Positions 27,801 through 40,800 of a stretch of 64,000 bases of DNA are shown in pieces. The position numbers and the translations under genes were made by a program. The stretch's first letter is position 1. Every line of letters begins with the position of its first letter. Source of the stretch: the human T2T-CHM13v2.0 reference genome, Homo sapiens; assembly GCF_009914755.1 (NCBI RefSeq), contig NC_060940.1. One strand, written 5' to 3'. The notes beneath the pieces are model-generated. The model ran no database searches and was not told the DNA's origin. It saw only the letters and a program-made list of their open reading frames with translations.

Positions 27801-30800
27801 TCCATTCAAGTCCATTTGATGATTTCTTTGAATTCAATTCGATGATGATTCCATTCGAGTCCATTCGATGATTCCATTCAGTTCCATTCGATGATGATTC
27901 CTTTCGAGACCATATGATGATTCCATTTGATTTCATTCGATGATGATTCCATTCGATTCCATTCGATGATTCCATTCTATTCCATTCGATGATGATTCCA
28001 TTCGAGTCCATTTAATGATTCCATTGGGTTCAATTCAATGATGATTACATTGGATTCTCTTCTATGATACCATTCAATTCCGTTCATTGACAATTTGATT
28101 CCATTCGATGATGATTCCATTTGAGTTCATTCGATGATTCTATTCGATTCTCTTCGATGGTGATTCAATTCTATTATATTGGATGATTCCATTCGATTCC
28201 ATTTGATGTTGATTCAATTCGATTCTATTCGATGATGATTCCATTGGATTTCATTTGATGATTCTATTCGATTCCATTCAATGATGATTCACTTCTCGTC
28301 CATTGGATGATTCCATTTCATTCCATTCGATGATGATTCCATTCGATTCCATTCGATGATTCCATTTGATTCCATTCGACGGTGAGCAATTCGATTCAAT
28401 TCCATGATGATTCTATTTGATTCAGTTAGATGATGTTTCCATTCGAATCCATTCCATGATTATTCCATTGGAATCCATTCGGCGATGATTCCATATGAGT
28501 CAATTCAATGATGCTTCCATATGGGTCAGTTCGATGATAATTCCATTTGATTTCATTCGATGCTTCTATTCAATTCCAGTCGATGATGATTCCGTTGGAG
28601 TCCATACGATGACTCCATTTGATTTCATTTGATGATGATTCCATTCGATTCCATTCGATGACTCCATTCTGTTCCATTCGATGATGATTCCATTCGAGTC
28701 CATTCGATGATTCCATTCGAGTCCATTTCATGATTCCATTGGGTTCAATTCGATGATGATTACACTGGATTCCATTCTATGATTCCATTCAATTCCATTC
28801 GTTGATGATTCGATTCCATTCAATGATGATTCCATTTGAGTTCATTCGATGATTCTATTCGATTCCGTTCGATGGTGATTCAATTCTATTATATTGGATG
28901 ATTCCATTCGATTCCATTTGATGATGATTCCATTCGATTCCATTCGATGATGATTCCATTTGATTCCATTTGATGTTGATTCTATTCGATTCTATTCAAT
29001 GATGATTCCATTCGATTTCATTTGATGATTCTATTGGATTCCTTTCGATGATTCTATTCCATTCCATTCGATGATGATTCAATTCTCTTCCATTGGATGA
29101 TTCCATTTTATTCCATTCGACGATGACTCCATTTGATTCCATTCAATGATGATTCCATTCGATTCCATTCGGTGATTCCATTTGATTCCATTCGACGGTG
29201 AGCAATTTGATTCAATTCCATAATGATTCTATTTGATTCAATTAGATGATGTTTCCATTCGAATCCATTCGGTGATGATTCCATTGGTATCCATTCGACG
29301 ATGATTCCATATGAGTCAATTCGATGATGATTCCATACGAGTCCGTTGGATGATAATTCCATTTGATTTCATTCAATCCTTCTATTCGATTCCATTTGAT
29401 GATGATTCCATCTGAATCCATTCTCCGATTCCATTCGATTTCATTCGATGCTTCTATTTGATTTCATTCGAAGATGATTCCTTTCAATTCCGTTCATTAA
29501 TTCCATTTGATTCCATTCGATGATGATTCCATCCGATTCCATTGGATGATGATTCCATTCGAGTCCATTCGATGATTCCGTTCTAATCCATTCTATGATT
29601 CCATTCGAGTCCATTCGATGATTCCATTCGATTCCATTCAGTGATGATTCCATTTGATTCCATTCGATGATGATTCCATTGGAGTCCATTGAATGATTCA
29701 ATTCAATTCCATTCCATGTGGATTCCATTCGAATTCATTCGATTATTCCATTCAAATCCCTTCGTTGATTCCATCTGATTCCACTTGACGATGATTCCAT
29801 TCAAGTCCAATCGATGATTCCATTCGGTTCCATTCAATGATTCCATTCGAGTCCATTTATGTATTATATTCGTGTCCACTTGATGACTCCATTCAATTCC
29901 ATTTAATGATGATTCCATTTGATTCCATTTGATGATTCAGTTCGATTCCTTACAATGATTCCCTACGATTCCTTTCTATGATGATTCCATTCGATTCCAT
30001 TCATTGATGATTCCATTCGACTCCATTCAATGATGATTCCTTTCGATTCCATTTGACGATGTTTCCATTTGAGTCCATTCGATGATGATTCCATTGGTAT
30101 CCATTCGACGATGATTCCATAGGAGTCAATTCGATGATGATTCCATACGAGTCCGTTGGATGATAATTCCATTTGATTTCATTCAATCCTTCTATTCGAT
30201 TCCATTTGATGATGATTCCATCTGAATCCATTCTCCGATTCCATTCGATTTCATTCGATGCTTCTATTTGATTTCATTCGAAGATGATTCCTTTCAATTC
30301 CATTCATTAATTCCATTTGATTCCATTCGATGATGATTCCATCCGATTCCATTGGATGATGATTCCATTCGAGTCCATTCGATGATTCCGTGCTAATCCA
30401 TTCTATGATTCCATTCGAGTCCATTCGATGATTCCATTCGATTCCATTCAGTGATGATTCCATTTGATTCCATCGGATGATGATTTCATTTGATTCCATT
30501 CGATGATGATTCCATTGGAGTCCATTGAATGATTCAATTCAATTCCATTCCATGTGGATTCCATTCGAATTCATTCGATTATTCCATTCAAATCCCTTCG
30601 TTGATTCCATCTGATTCCACTTGACGATGATTCCATTCAAGTCCAATCGATGATTCCATTCGGTTCCATTCAATGATTCCATTCGAGTCCATTTATGTAT
30701 TATATTCGTGTCCACTTGATGACTCACTCCATTCAATTCCATTTAATGATGATTCCATTTGATTCCATTTGATGATTCAGTTCGATTCCTTACAATGATT

Positions 30801-33800
30801 CCCTACGATTCCTTTCTATGATGATTCCATTCGATTCCATTCATTGATGATTCCATTCGACTCCATTCGATGATGATTCCTTTCGATTCCATTTGACGAT
30901 GTTTCCATTTGAGTCCATTCGATGATGATTCAATTCAGTTCTGTTCTATTATGAATCCATTCGATTTCATTCAATGCTTCTATTTGATTCCATTCGACGA
31001 TGATTCCATCTCTTTCCCTTCGATGTTTCCATTTGATTCCATTCAGTGATGATTCCATTTGATTCCATCTGATGATGATTTCACTTGATTCATTTCAATG
31101 ATGATTCCATTCAAGTCCATTCGATGATTCCATTGGAGTCCAAACGATCATTCCATTCGATTCCATTCAATGATGATTCCATTCATGTCCATTCAATGAA
31201 TCCTTTCAATTCCATTCGATGATGACTCCATTCGAGTACATTCGATGATTCCATTTGATTCCATTTGATGATGATTACATTCAATTCCATTCGAAGATGA
31301 TTCCATTCAATTCCACTTGATGATGATTCCGTATGAATCCATTCGCTGATTATTCCATTCGATTCCATTCATTGACGATTCCATTCGATTCCATTCAATG
31401 ATGATTCTCTTCTATTCCATTCGATGATTCCGGTCGATTCCATTCGATGATGATTCCATTAGATTCCATTCGATTGTTGCATTCGATTCCCTTCGATGAT
31501 GATTCCTTTGAATTCCATTCGATTATGATTCCGTATGAATCCATTTGATGATTATTCCATTGGATTCCTTTCGATGATGATTCCATTCGATTCCATTTGA
31601 TGATGTTTCTCATGTATTCCATTTGATAATTCCTTTCAATTCCCTTCGATGATGATTCTTTCGAGTCAATTCGATGATTCTATTCCATTCCCTTCGATGA
31701 TGATTCCATTTCACTCCATTCGATGATTCCATTCGATTCAATTTGGTGATGATTCAATTCGATGACATTCGATGACTCCATTCAATTTCATTTGATGATG
31801 ATTACATTCGAGTCCATTTGATGATTGTATTCCTTTCCTTTTGATGATTATTCCATTCGTGTCTATTCAAAGATTCCATTCTATTCCATTCAATGATGAT
31901 TCCAATTGATTCCATTCAATGATTATGGCTATCGATTCCACTCGTTGATTCCATTTGATTCCATTCGATGATTATTCCGTTAGATTCCATTAGGAGATTC
32001 CATTCGATTTTATTCAATGATTCCAATTGATTCCATTCAATGATGATTCCATTCGACTCCATTCAGTGATTCCATTTGAGTCCATTTGATGATTCCATTC
32101 GAGTCCATTTGATGATTCCATTCTTTTCCATTTGATGATGATTCCATTAGGGTCCATTCAATGATTCCATTCGAGTCCATTCGTTAATGCCTTTCGAGTC
32201 CTTTTGATCACTACATTCGAGTCCATTCAATGATTCTATTCGATTCCATTCCATGATGATTCCATTCGAGTTCATTCGATGATTGCATTCGAGTCCATTT
32301 GATGATTCCATATGATTCCATTCGACAATGATTCCATTCGTGTCCATTTGATGATTCCATTCATTTCCTATCGATGAAGATTCCATTCGAGTGTATTCGA
32401 TGATTCCATTCAAATCCATTCGATGATGATTCCATTCCACTCCATTCGATCATTCCACTTGATTCCATTTGATGACTATTCCATTCAAATCCATTTGATG
32501 ATTCCATTCGATTCCATTCGATGTTACCATTCGAGTATATACGATGATTCCACTCGATTCCATTTGATGATTATTCCATTGGAGTCCACTTAGTGAATCC
32601 TTTAGATTCTACTCGAAGATGATTCCATTCGAGTCCATTCGATGATACCATTAAATTCCATTCGTTGATGCTTCCATTCAAGTGCATTCGATGATATCAT
32701 TCGATTCCATTTGATGATAATTCCATTTGATTCCATGTGATGATTCTATTCCATTCCATTCAATGATAATTCCATTCAATTCAGTGATTCCTCTGGACTC
32801 CATTTGATGATGATTCCATTCAATGATTCCATTCGATTCTATTCGAAAATGATTCCATTTGAATCCATTTGATGATGATTCCATTCGATTCCATTTGATG
32901 ATTCCATTCGATTCCATTCGACGATGATTCCATTCGATTCCATTTGATGATTCCATTCTATTCTATTCGATGATGATTCCATTCGATTCCATTCGATGAT
33001 GATTGGATTCGATTCCATTTGATGATTTCATTTGATTCCATTCGATGATGATTTCGATCAACTCCATTCGATGATTCCATTCGATTCCATTTGATAATGA
33101 TTACATCCGAGTCCATTCGATGATTCCATTTGAGCCCGTTCGATAATTCCATTTGAGTCCAATCAATGATTCCATTCATTTCCATTCAATGATTCCATTC
33201 GAGTCCATTTGATCATTCCGGTAGGGTCCGTTCGATGTTGATTCCATTGGAGTGCATTCGATGATTCCATTCGAGTCCATTTTAGGATTTGATTCGAGTC
33301 CTTTCGATGATTCCATTCGATTCCACTCGATGCGATGATGATTTCATTCGAGTCCATTCGACACTTCCAATCGATTCCATTTGATGTTTCCATTCGAGTC
33401 CAATTGATGATTCCATTCAATTCCATTCGATGATGATTCCGTACGATTCCATTCTGTGATGATTCCATGTGATTGCATTCAATGATGATTCCTTTCGATT
33501 GCATTCGATTATGATTCATTTCGTGTTCATTCTATGGTTCCACAGGTTTCACATCGTGTCCATTCCATTATTCCATTCTATTCCATTTGATGATGATTCC
33601 ATTCGATTCCATTCATTGGTGATTCCACTCAATTCCATTCAATGATTCCATTCCATTTCTTTCAACAATGATTCCATTAGTTTCTAATCGATGATCCACT
33701 TGATTCCATTTGACGGTGATTCCATTCTTGTCCATTCGATGATTCCATTTGATTCCATATGATGATGATTCCATTCGATTCCATACGATGATGATTCCAT

Positions 33801-36800
33801 TCGAGTCCATTCAATGGTGATTCCATTCAATTCCATTCGGTGATTCCTTTCGATTCCATTTGATGATGATGGCATTCGATTCCTTTCAATCATTCCCTTT
33901 GATTCCACTCAAAGGTGATTTCATTCAAGTCCATTCGATAATTGCATTCGATTCCATTCTATGATGATTCCATTCGAGTCCATTTGATGATTCCATTCAA
34001 TTCAAGTCAATGATGATTCCATTCGATTCCATTCGATGATTCCATTGGATTCCATTCGATGATGATTCCATTCAAATCCATTCGATAATTCAATTCACGT
34101 CCATTCGATGATGATTCCAATCGAATCCATTCAAAGATTCCATTCAATTCCATTCGATGATTCCCTTAGATTCCATTCGATGATTCCACTTGATTCCATT
34201 TACGATGATTCCATTCGATTCCATGTGATGATTCCATTCAATTCTATTCAATGATGCTTCCATTTGATTCCATTCGACCATGATTGCCTTTGATTCCATT
34301 CAATGATTCCATTCGGTTCCGTTTGATGATGATTCCGTTCGATTCCATTTGATGATTCCATTTGATTCCATTGGATGAGTCCATTCGATTACATTCGATG
34401 ATTATTCCATTCGAGTGCATTAGATGATTCCATTCGAGTCCATTCGATGATTCCATTCGAGTCCATTCGATGATTCCATTCGATTCCATTCGATGTTGAT
34501 TCTGTTCAAATCCATTCGATGATTCCACTCGATTCCATTCGATGACTCCATTTGATCCCATTCTATGATTTCCTATGATTCCCTTTGATGATCATTCCAT
34601 TTGATTCAATTCGGTGATTTCATTTGATTCCATTCAGTGATGTTTCCATTCGACTCCATTCGATGATGATTCCATTCGACTACATTCGATTATGATTTCA
34701 TTCAATTCCATTCGATAAAGATTCCCTTCGAGTCCAATCGATGATTCCATTCGATTCCATTCAACGATGATTTGATTCGTGTCCATTCGATGATTCCATT
34801 TGATTCCACTTGATGAGGATTCCATTCGAGTCCATTTGATGATTCCATTCAATTCCATTCTCCGATGATTTCTTTTGAGCCCATTCAATGCTTCCACTCG
34901 ATTACATATGATGATGACTCCATTCGATGAAACTCGATGATGATTCCATTCGCTTGCATTCGATGATGATTCCACTTGAGTCCGTTAGAAGATTCTATTC
35001 AATTACATTCCATGACGATTCCGTTCGAGTCCATTTGATGATTCCATTAGACTCCATTCGACGATGATTCCATTCGATGTTATTCGATGATTCCATTCGA
35101 TCTCATTCGTTGATGATTCCATTCAACTCCATTCGATGTTTCCATTCGAGTTCATTCTATTATTCCATTAGATTCCATTCGATGATGATTCCATTCGATT
35201 CCATTTGATGATTGCATTCTATTTCATTTGATGAGGATTCCATTCGAGTCCACTCGATGATTCCATTCGAGTCCATTTAATGAATCCATTGGTTTCAATT
35301 CTATGATGATTACATTGGATTCCATTCGTTGATGATTTCATTCGGTTCCATTCAATGATGATTCCATTCAATTCCTTTCAATGTTTCCATTCAATTCCAT
35401 ACGATGATGATTCCATTTGATTTGATTCGACAGTGAGCCATTCGATTCAATTCCATGATGATTCTATTTGATTCAATTGGTTGACATTTCCATTCGATTC
35501 CATTCGATGATGATTCCCTTTGATTCCATTCAAAGATGATTCCATTCTAGCCCATTCAATCATTCCATTCGATTCTATTCAATGATGATTCCATTCATGT
35601 CGATTTGGTGATTCCATTTGACTTCATTTGATGATGATTCCTTTCAAGTTCATTAGATGATTCCATTCGATTCCATTTGATGATGATCCCATTCGAGTCC
35701 ATTCAGTGATTCCACTCGTTTCCATTCCATGATGATTCCATTCCATTCCATTCAATGATTCCATTTGATTCCGTTGGATGATGATTTCATTCGAGTCCAT
35801 TTGATGATTCCATTTGATTCCATTCGATGATGATTCCATTCGAGTCCATTCGATGATTCTATTCGAATCCATTTGATGATTTCTTTTGATTATAGTTGGT
35901 GATGATTCCATTGGAGTCCATTCAATGATTCCATTTGATTCCAATCGATGATGATTCCATTAGAGTCCATTTAATGATTCCATTTGATTCCAGTCTCTGT
36001 TGATTACATTCGAGTCCATACGATGATTCCACTCAATTCCATATGATGATGATTCCATTCGATTCCATTCGATGATTCCATTCTATTCTATTAAATGGTG
36101 ATTCCATTCGAGTACATTAGATGATTCCATTCGATTCCATTCAATGATGATTCTATTTGTGTCCCTTAGATGATTCCACATGATTCCATTAGATGATGAT
36201 ACTATTTGAGCCCATCCAATGATTCCCTTCGATTCCATTCTATGAGGATTCCATTCGATTTAATTCATTGGTGATTCTATTCAATTCAATTCTTTGATTC
36301 CATTCCATTCCATTCGACAATGATTCCATTCGATTTCTTTCGATGATTCCACTCGATTCCACTTGACATTGATTCCATTCGATTCCATTCAATGATTCCA
36401 TTTGATTCCAGTGGATGATGATTGCCATCGATTCCATTCGATCACTCCATTCTATTCCATTTGATGATGATTACATTCGATTCCATTTGACGATTCCATC
36501 TGATTCTATTCGAGGATTCCATTTGATTCCATTCGATGATGATTCCATTCGAGTCCATTCGATGATTTCATTCGAGTACATCCAATGATTCCATTCGAGT
36601 CCATTTGATGATTCCATTTGATTCCATTTGATAATGATTCTTCTAGAGTCCGTTCAATGACTCCATTGGAGTCCATTCAACAATTCCATTCGACTCCATT
36701 TGATGATTCCATTCGATTCCATTTGATGATTCCATTAGAGTCCATTTAATCATTACAGTCGAGTCCATTTGGTGATTCCACCGGATTTCTTTTGATAATG

Positions 36801-37491
36801 ATACCATTCAATTACATTTGATGATGATCCCATTCAATTTCATTTGATGATGATTCCATTAGAGTCCATTCGATGATTTCATCCGAGTCCCTTCACTGAT
36901 TCCATCCGATTTCATTGGATGATGACTCCATTCGAGTCCATTCGATGATTCCACTCGATTCCATTAGATGATTCCATTGGAGTCCATTTGATTGTTCCAT
37001 TCGATTCCATTCGATTCCTTTCGAAGATTATTCCATTTGAGTCCATTCGATGATGATTCCATTCCATTCCATTCGATGATTCCGTTTGATTCCATTCAAT
37101 GATTCCCTTCGATTCCTTTCTTTGATGATTCCATTCCATTCCATTCAATGATTCCATTCGAATCTATTCCATGATGATTCCTTTCGATTCCATTCGCTGA
37201 TGTTTCCGTTCAATTCCATTCGATGATGATTCCATTCGATTCCATTCATTGAGGATTCCATTTGATTCCATTCAATGATGATTCCGTTCTATTCCATTCA
37301 ATGATTGCATTCAATTCCATTCAATGATTATCCCCTTAGAGTAAACTCAACGATTCCATTCAATACCATTCGATGATGATTCCTTTTGAGTCCATTCAAT
37401 GATTTCACTCAATTCCATTTGATGATTCCTTTCAATTCCATTCTATGATGATTCCATTCGAGTCCATTCGATGATTCCATTCGATTGCATT
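24853..37491 (+). repeat. Higher-order unit, copy 3 (12,639 bp; distal ~2.6 kb more diverged)
   Basis: ORF offsets against copy 1 are 24852 then 24878. A diverged landmark, CGATTATTCCATTATATTCCAGTCAACGA, restarts at 37492. Confidence 0.92.
29273..30931 (+). repeat. Internal ~0.84-kb tandem duplication (copy 3)
   Basis: ORF pairs 29441/30251 (offset 810) and 29703/30539 (offset 836). Confidence 0.88.
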
Positions 37492-37860
37492 CGATTATTC
37501 CATTATATTCCAGTCAACGATGATTCCATTCGAGTCCATTCGATGATTCCATTAGAGTACATTTAATGATTGCTTTGTTTTCAATTCGAAGATGATTACA
37601 TTCGATTCCATTCTATGATACCATTCGATTCCATTCAATGATGATTCCTCTCAAATCCATTGGATGATTCCATTCGTGTCCATTCGGTGATTTCATTAGA
37701 TTCCATTCGAGGATGATTCCATTCGATTCCATTCGATGATTCCATTCAATTCCATTCGATGATGATTCCATTCCAGTCCATATGATCATTCCATTTGATT
37801 TCATTCGATGATGATTCCATTCGATTCCATTCGATGATTCCATTCTATTCCATTCGATGT

Positions 37861-40800
37861 TGATTCCATTCGAGTCCATTCGATGATTCCATTCGAGTCC
37901 ATTTAATGATTCCATTGGGTTCAATTAAATGATGATTACATTGGATTCCATTCTATGATTCCATTCAATTCCGTTCATTGACAATTTGATTCCATTCGAT
38001 GATGATTCCATTTGAGTTCATTCGATGATTCTATTCGATTCTCTTCGATGGTGATTCAATTCTATTATATTGGATGATTCCATTCGATTCCATTTGATGT
38101 TGATTCAATTCGATTCTATTCGATGATGATTCCATTGGATTTCACTGGATGATTCTATTCGATTCCATTCAATGATGATTCACTTCTCGTCCATTGGATG
38201 ATTCCATTTCATTCCATTCGATGATGATTCCATTCGATTCCATTCGATGATTCCATTTGATTCCATGCGACGGTGAGCAATTCGATTCAATTCCATGATG
38301 ATTCTATTTGATTCAATTAGATGATGTTTCAATTCGAATCCATTCCATGATTATTCCATTGGAATCCATTTAGCGATGATTCCATATGAGTCAATTCAAT
38401 GATGATTCCATATGGGTCCGTTCGATGATAATTCCATTTGATTTCTTTCGGTGCTTCTATTCTATTCCAGTCGATGATGATTCCGTTGGAGTCCATACGA
38501 TGATTCCATTTGATTTCATTTGATGATGATTCCATTCGATGATGATTACATTGGATTCCATTCTATGATTCCATTCAATTCCATTCATTGATGATTCGAT
38601 TCCATTCAATGATGATTCCATTTGAGTTCATTCGATGATTCTATTCGATTCCGTTCGATGGTGATTCAATTCTCTTATATTGGATGAATCCACTCGATTC
38701 CATTTGATGATTATTCCATTGGAGTCCACTTAGTGAATCCTTTAGATTCTACTCGAAGATGATTCCATTCAAGTCCATTCGATGATACCATTCAATTCCA
38801 TTCGTTGATGCTTCCATTCAAGTGCATTCGATGATATCATTCGATTCCATTTGATGATAATTCCATTTGATCCCATGCGATGATTCTATTCGATTCCATT
38901 CAATGATAATTCCATTCAGTTCAGTGATTCCTCTGGACTCCATTTGATGATGATTCCATTCAATGATTCCATTCGATTCTATTCCAAAATGATTCCATTT
39001 GAATCCATTTGATGATGATTCCATTAGATTCCATTTGATGATTCCATTCGATTCCATTTGACGATGATTCCATTCGATTCCATTTGATGATTCCATTCTA
39101 TTCTATTCGATGATGATTCCATTCGATTCCATTTGATGATGATTGGATTCGATTCCATTTGATGATTTCATTTGATTCCATTCGTTAATGATTTCGATCA
39201 ACTCCATTCGATGATTCCATTTGATTCCATTCGATAATGATTACATCCGAGTCCATTCGATGATTCCATTTGAGCCTGTTCGATAATTCCATTTGAGTCC
39301 AATCAATGATTCCATTCATTTACATTCAATGATTCCATTCGAGTCCATTTGATCATTCTGGTAGGGTCCGTTCGATGTTGATTCCATTGGAGTGCATTCG
39401 ATGATTCCATTCGAGTCCATTTTATGATTTGATTCGAGTCCTTTCGATGATTCCATTCGATTCCACTCGATGATGATTTCATTCGAGTCCATTCGACACT
39501 TCCAATCGATTCCATTTGATGTTTCCATTCGAGTCCAATTGATGATTCCATTCAATTCCATTCGATGATGATTCCGTACGATTCCATTCTGTGATGATTC
39601 CATGTGATTGCATTCAATGATGATTCCTTTCGATTGCATTCGATTATGATTCATTTCGTGTTCATTCTATGGTTCCACAGGTTTCCATTCGATGACGTTT
39701 CCGTTCGTGTCCATTCCATTATTCCATTCTATTTCATTTGATGATGATTCCATTCGATTCCATTCATTGGTGATTCCACTCAATTCCATTCAATGATTCC
39801 ATTCCATTTCTTTCAACAATGATTCCATTAGTTTCTATTCGATGATCCACTTGATTCCATTTGGCGATGATTCCATTCGTGTCCATTCGATGATTCCATT
39901 TGATTCCATATGATGATGATCCCATTCGATTCCATACCATGATGATTCCATTCGAGTCCATTCAATGGTGATTCCATTCAATTCCATTCGATGATTCCTT
40001 CCGATTCCATTCGATGATGATGGCATTCGATTCCTTTCAATCATTCCCTTTGATTCCATTCAAAGGTGATTTCATTCAAGTCCATTCGATAATTGCATTC
40101 GATTCCATTCTATGATGATTCCATTCGAGTCCATTTGATGATTCCATTCAATTCAAGTCAATGATGATTCCATTCAATTCCACTCGATGATTCCATTGGA
40201 TTCCATTCGATGATGATTCCATTCAAATCCATTCGATAATTCAATTCAAGGCCATTCGATGATGATTCCAATCGAATCCATTCAAAGATTCCATTCAATT
40301 CCATTCGATGATGATTCCCTTAGATTCCATTCGATGATTCCACTTGATTCCATTTACGATGATTCCATTCGATTCCATGTGATGAATCCATTCAATTCTA
40401 TTCAATGATGTTTCCATTTGATTCCATTGGACCATGATTGCCTTTGATTCCATTCAATGATTCCATTCGGTTCCATTTGATGATGATTCCGTTCGATTCC
40501 ATTTCATTATTCCATTTGATTCCATTGGATGAGTCCATTCGATTACATTCGATGATTATTCCATTCGAGTGCATTAGATGATTGCATTCGAGTCCATTCG
40601 ATGATTCCATTCGATTCCATTCGATGTTGTTTCTGTTCAAATCCATTCGATGATTCCACTCGATTCCATTCGATGACTCCATTTGATCCCATTCGATGAT
40701 TTCCTGTGATTCCCTTTGATGATCATTCTATTTGATTCAATTCGGTGATTTCATTTCATTCCATTCAGTGATGTTTCCATTCGACTGTATTCGATGATGA

